Positions 61,114-64,000 of a DNA stretch of 64,000 bases are shown here, piece by piece (position 1 is the stretch's first letter; the number at the start of each line of letters is the position of its first letter). Made by a program: the position numbers and the translations under genes. Source of the stretch: Burkholderiales bacterium (lineage in GTDB: Bacteria > Pseudomonadota > Gammaproteobacteria > Burkholderiales > SG8-39); NCBI GenBank assembly GCA_014860395.1, contig JACZJU010000119.1, positions 5,851 to 69,850 on the forward strand, read 5' to 3'. Under the pieces are notes generated by a model. It did no database searches and had not been told where the DNA came from. It was given only the letters and a program-made list of their open reading frames with translations.

Positions 61114-62736
61114 TTAGCGGCAGACCAGTTCGCCGTCGCTAAGCTGAAATACGCCGGCTTCCCTGTCCGCGACGATCTTCTGGCGTTTTGCGCCAAACTG
61201 CACTTCGACACCTTCGAGAAACTCCTTTTCCGCCACCACCTGCGCGTCCGCGCTGAGGGCAAGCTCCCGGTTCAATTCATCTTCGTCCTTGGTGAGCGCA
61301 ATCATTTCGGCGTTGATCGAGTCACGCGTCGTCTCCGCGGCCTTGACGGTATCCGCGGGCAGGCGCTCAGGATGGGAGTTGGCCACTTCAAGCAGTTTGA
61401 CCACGTTCATCAGCTTGTTGATGGCGATGTCGCGCGCCTCGGCTATGGAGGCAAGCCGGTCCTGGAGTTCTTTATCCGCGCCTGCGATTACGATGGTCTT
61501 CGCGCGCGCGGGAGAACCGATCACCTGGGCCTTGACCAGCATCATGGCGCGGGCGGTACCGCCAACGAGGTGGCCCTTGCGGCTGTTCTTGTCGCCGACG
61601 ATGATCTGGTGGCCGGCCGTCAGTTCGCATTGCATGGCGGAATCGCGGATGAATATGCCGGTTCCAGCGGAGATGCGCGCGTTCTGCGTGAAATTCGCGG
61701 TGCACGAACCCTTGCAGTTGACCGTGAATTGATGCGCTTTCTCGCCTGCGCGCGCCATCAGGCCGACGATGCCGCCCTTTACCACGACGTCGCCGCCCGC
61801 GAGCAATACGACGCCTTCTACCGTGTCGTTGATGTGAATGTCACCGGAAGCTTTGACCGTCATGCCGCTCTGGACGCCGCCCTTCACATTTACCGTTCCG
61901 AGGAAGTCGATGTTGCCGGTGCGCAGGTCGACGTCCTCGACGGTATAGATCGATTCCACCGTCACGCCGTCCTTCAGCAGAACGGGGCAGCCGTCGGCTG
62001 CGGCGATCAGCAGATTTTCGTTGGCAGGATCGAGCGCGGTTCCCTCCATGCTCTTGGAAAACGCAATATTCTTCCCCGGCTTGGCCGGGATAGGCTTTCC
62101 GGACAGGTCAAAACCGGGCTCGCCGTCGGTTGCCGGAATGCGCCGCATCAGCGGATCGCCCGCGCGCACCATGAGGATTTCACCGAGCTCGCGAAAATCC
62201 GCCAGCCCGTGTTCGTCCAGGCGCGGGCTGCGCTCCTTTGCGCTCGGAACCAGGCTCTCGAATCTTGCGTCCACGCCGTTCACCGGCGCTTTGCCCTTGG
62301 CGATCAGAACATTGCTTCCGCCTGCCTGAAGCGCATTCTGGATGGCTTTCTGGTCGAGCGCCGCGACCGCGGTGATCTCCTTGCGTGCGGCTTCTTCGAC
62401 GACGTTCTCCAATGTGACTGGAGCGCCGCCGTGGGCAGGGGTGCAGCTCAGATAGGCGTTCAGGTGATGGGTATCGATGCGAATTTCGAACTTGCCGTCA
62501 ACGGCTTCGCCGACTTGGATTTCAAAGGCCTTGCCGGTAGCGTATTTCGCCGTTGCGGCCTTCAATGCCTGCTCGTCGAGCCTGCAGTCTCCGAACCCCG
62601 CCGCTGCAATCGCCTTTTTCAACGCATCGAGAGTGACGGTGTCCGTCCCGCCTTCTGGAGCGAAGGCGGCGATTATTTTCTTTGCTTCTTTGTCCAGGCG
62701 GAAGGACAGATATTGCAGGTGCGCATCTTCCGGCAT
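61114..62736 (-). CDS. DUF342 (FapA-like) family protein
   Basis: 540 aa. The central beta-helix-like repeats (GNIDFLGTVNVKGGV.SGMTVKASGDIHINDTVEG..L.AGGDVVVKGGI) and the C-terminal coiled coil are typical of DUF342. Confidence 0.75.
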   Translation of the reverse strand: MPEDAHLQYLSFRLDKEAKKIIAAFAPEGGTDTVTLDALKKAIAAAGFGDCRLDEQALKAATAKYATGKAFEIQVGEAVDGKFEIRIDTHHLNAYLSCTPAHGGAPVTLENVVEEAARKEITAVAALDQKAIQNALQAGGSNVLIAKGKAPVNGVDARFESLVPSAKERSPRLDEHGLADFRELGEILMVRAGDPLMRRIPATDGEPGFDLSGKPIPAKPGKNIAFSKSMEGTALDPANENLLIAAADGCPVLLKDGVTVESIYTVEDVDLRTGNIDFLGTVNVKGGVQSGMTVKASGDIHINDTVEGVVLLAGGDVVVKGGIVGLMARAGEKAHQFTVNCKGSCTANFTQNARISAGTGIFIRDSAMQCELTAGHQIIVGDKNSRKGHLVGGTARAMMLVKAQVIGSPARAKTIVIAGADKELQDRLASIAEARDIAINKLMNVVKLLEVANSHPERLPADTVKAAETTRDSINAEMIALTKDEDELNRELALSADAQVVAEKEFLEGVEVQFGAKRQKIVADREAGVFQLSDGELVCR

Positions 62737-62970
62737 TGCGACTCCCGATATGCAGTCCGCATCTTACATGAAACTGTAACAATCGCTATATAGAGAATCG
62801 GTCCCCGGACAATTATGCAGTGGAGCGCGCTGCCGGCCAAGCCGGGATGTAGCAAGGTGCGCGCCGCGCATTCCGGGGTGAACGTCAGGGGGTGAAGAGT
62901 TGTATCATCGACGTTGCGCGGCGTACTTCGCCTGCGCCCGTCCTCCTTCAATCCTATTCGGGAGACCACC

Positions 62971-64000
62971 ATGGCCGAAGCCATGATATTCGATGCAATT
63001 CGCACGCCGCGCGGCCGCGGCAAATCCAGCGGCGCGCTCTACGATATCAAGCCGGTCAACCTGCTCGCGGGCGCGTTGAACGCGCTTGCCGAACGCCACG
63101 ACCTGGACACCAGCCAGGTCGACGACGTGGTCATCGGCTGCGTTTCGCCCGTGGGCGAGCAGGGCGCCTGCATCGGCAAGACCGCGGCGCTGGCCGCAGG
63201 CTGGGACTGGAAGGCCGCGGGCTTCCAGCTCAATCGCTTCTGCGGCTCGGGCCTGGAGGCGGTGAATCTCGCAGCACAGAAGATTCGCTCCGACTGGGAG
63301 GACCTGGTCGTCGCCGGCGGCGTGGAGTCGATGTCGCGCGTGCCCATAGGCGCCGACGGCGGTCCCTGGGCGCAGGATCCGGAAACCAGCTTCTCCACCC
63401 ATTTCATCCCGCAGGGCATCAGCGCCGACCTGATCGCGACGCTGGAGGGTTACACGCGCGAGCAGGTGGACGAATTCGCCGTGGGCTCGCACCAGAAGGC
63501 GGCGGCCGCGCGCGCCGCAGGCTATTTCAACAAGTCCATCGTTCCCGTGATCGACAGGATAGGGCTGCCGGTGCTGGAGCAGGATGAAACCATACGCCCG
63601 GGCACGACGCTGGAAACGCTGGGTGCGCTGAAGGTTTCGTTCGAGCAGCCGGGCAAGATCGGTTTCGATGCCGTGGCCCTGCAAAAGTATCCCCAGGTCG
63701 AGCGCATCCGCCACGTACATACCGCCGGCAATTCCTCGGGCATCGTCGATGGCGCGGCGGCGATCCTGATCGGCAGCGAGCAGAAAGGCCGCGCGCTCGG
63801 CCTGACGCCGCGCGCGCGCATTGTCGCCGCAGCGATCACGGGCGCAGACCCGACCATCATGCTCACCGGGCCGGCGCCGGCGGCGAGGAAAGCGCTGGCA
63901 CGCGCGCGCATGACGGTGGACCAGATCGACCTGTTCGAGGTGAACGAAGCGTTTGCCGTGGTGCCGATGAAGTTCATGCGGGAACTCGGCGTGCCCGCGG
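62971..64000 (+). CDS. acetyl-CoA C-acyltransferase (thiolase), 3' end outside window
   Basis: It is not in the ORF track because it runs off the window. ATG 62971 lies behind GGGAGA. My translation [52 protein letters not shown] shows the thiolase active-site Cys and the NSSG region. Confidence 0.9.
   Translation, partial: MAEAMIFDAIRTPRGRGKSSGALYDIKPVNLLAGALNALAERHDLDTSQVDDVVIGCVSPVGEQGACIGKTAALAAGWDWKAAGFQLNRFCGSGLEAVNLAAQKIRSDWEDLVVAGGVESMSRVPIGADGGPWAQDPETSFSTHFIPQGISADLIATLEGYTREQVDEFAVGSHQKAAAARAAGYFNKSIVPVIDRIGLPVLEQDETIRPGTTLETLGALKVSFEQPGKIGFDAVALQKYPQVERIRHVHTAGNSSGIVDGAAAILIGSEQKGRALGLTPRARIVAAAITGADPTIMLTGPAPAARKALARARMTVDQIDLFEVNEAFAVVPMKFMRELGVPA

Overview
This is a high-GC proteobacterial chromosomal segment. 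Gene content and local synteny suggest a betaproteobacterium (inference only): uvrA next to MFS-ssb, FmdB-DUF502-aspS-nudB, tctCBA, aapJQMP. About 60 protein genes are supportable. Most are housekeeping, transport, or fatty-acid/ketone-body metabolism (bdhA, acetoacetyl-CoA synthetase, thiolase, MaoC dehydratases, aldehyde dehydrogenase, acyl-CoA ligase). I saw no rRNA or complete tRNA gene, no CRISPR array or cas genes, no phage genes, and no recognisable known defence system. Many long ORFs in the six-frame track are antisense shadow ORFs typical of high-GC DNA and are not reported as genes. The unusual parts are as follows. (1) A ~6 kb accessory block at 47.6-53.6 kb is wedged between the two convergent halves of a Liv-type ABC transporter. 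Its left half looks like an integrase-less integron cassette array, with attC-like sites directly after a Cys-rich secreted ORF, phzF and a GNAT gene. One attC is split by an IS at its GTT core. A HigB/HigA-like toxin-antitoxin pair sits further right. (2) A single ORF fuses a class I SAM methyltransferase to a TerD domain and is tightly packed behind (1 nt after) a ybhP-clsB-like phospholipid operon. (3) A modular family of long-stem hairpin repeats occurs at three intergenic loci, with compensatory stem changes between copies. (4) A 3 x 111 bp tandem repeat lies between acetoacetyl-CoA synthetase and uvrA; it carries a hairpin that keeps pairing through double substitutions and overlaps the uvrA stop codon. 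(5) A secreted barnase-like RNase and its barstar inhibitor, plus a 103-bp nested-hairpin element, are inserted in the normally tight aspS-nudB junction. (6) An orphan radical SAM/SPASM-like gene is divergent from a nicotinate-PRTase-family gene. None of these can be shown to be a new system from sequence alone. The decisive searches are stated with each finding.
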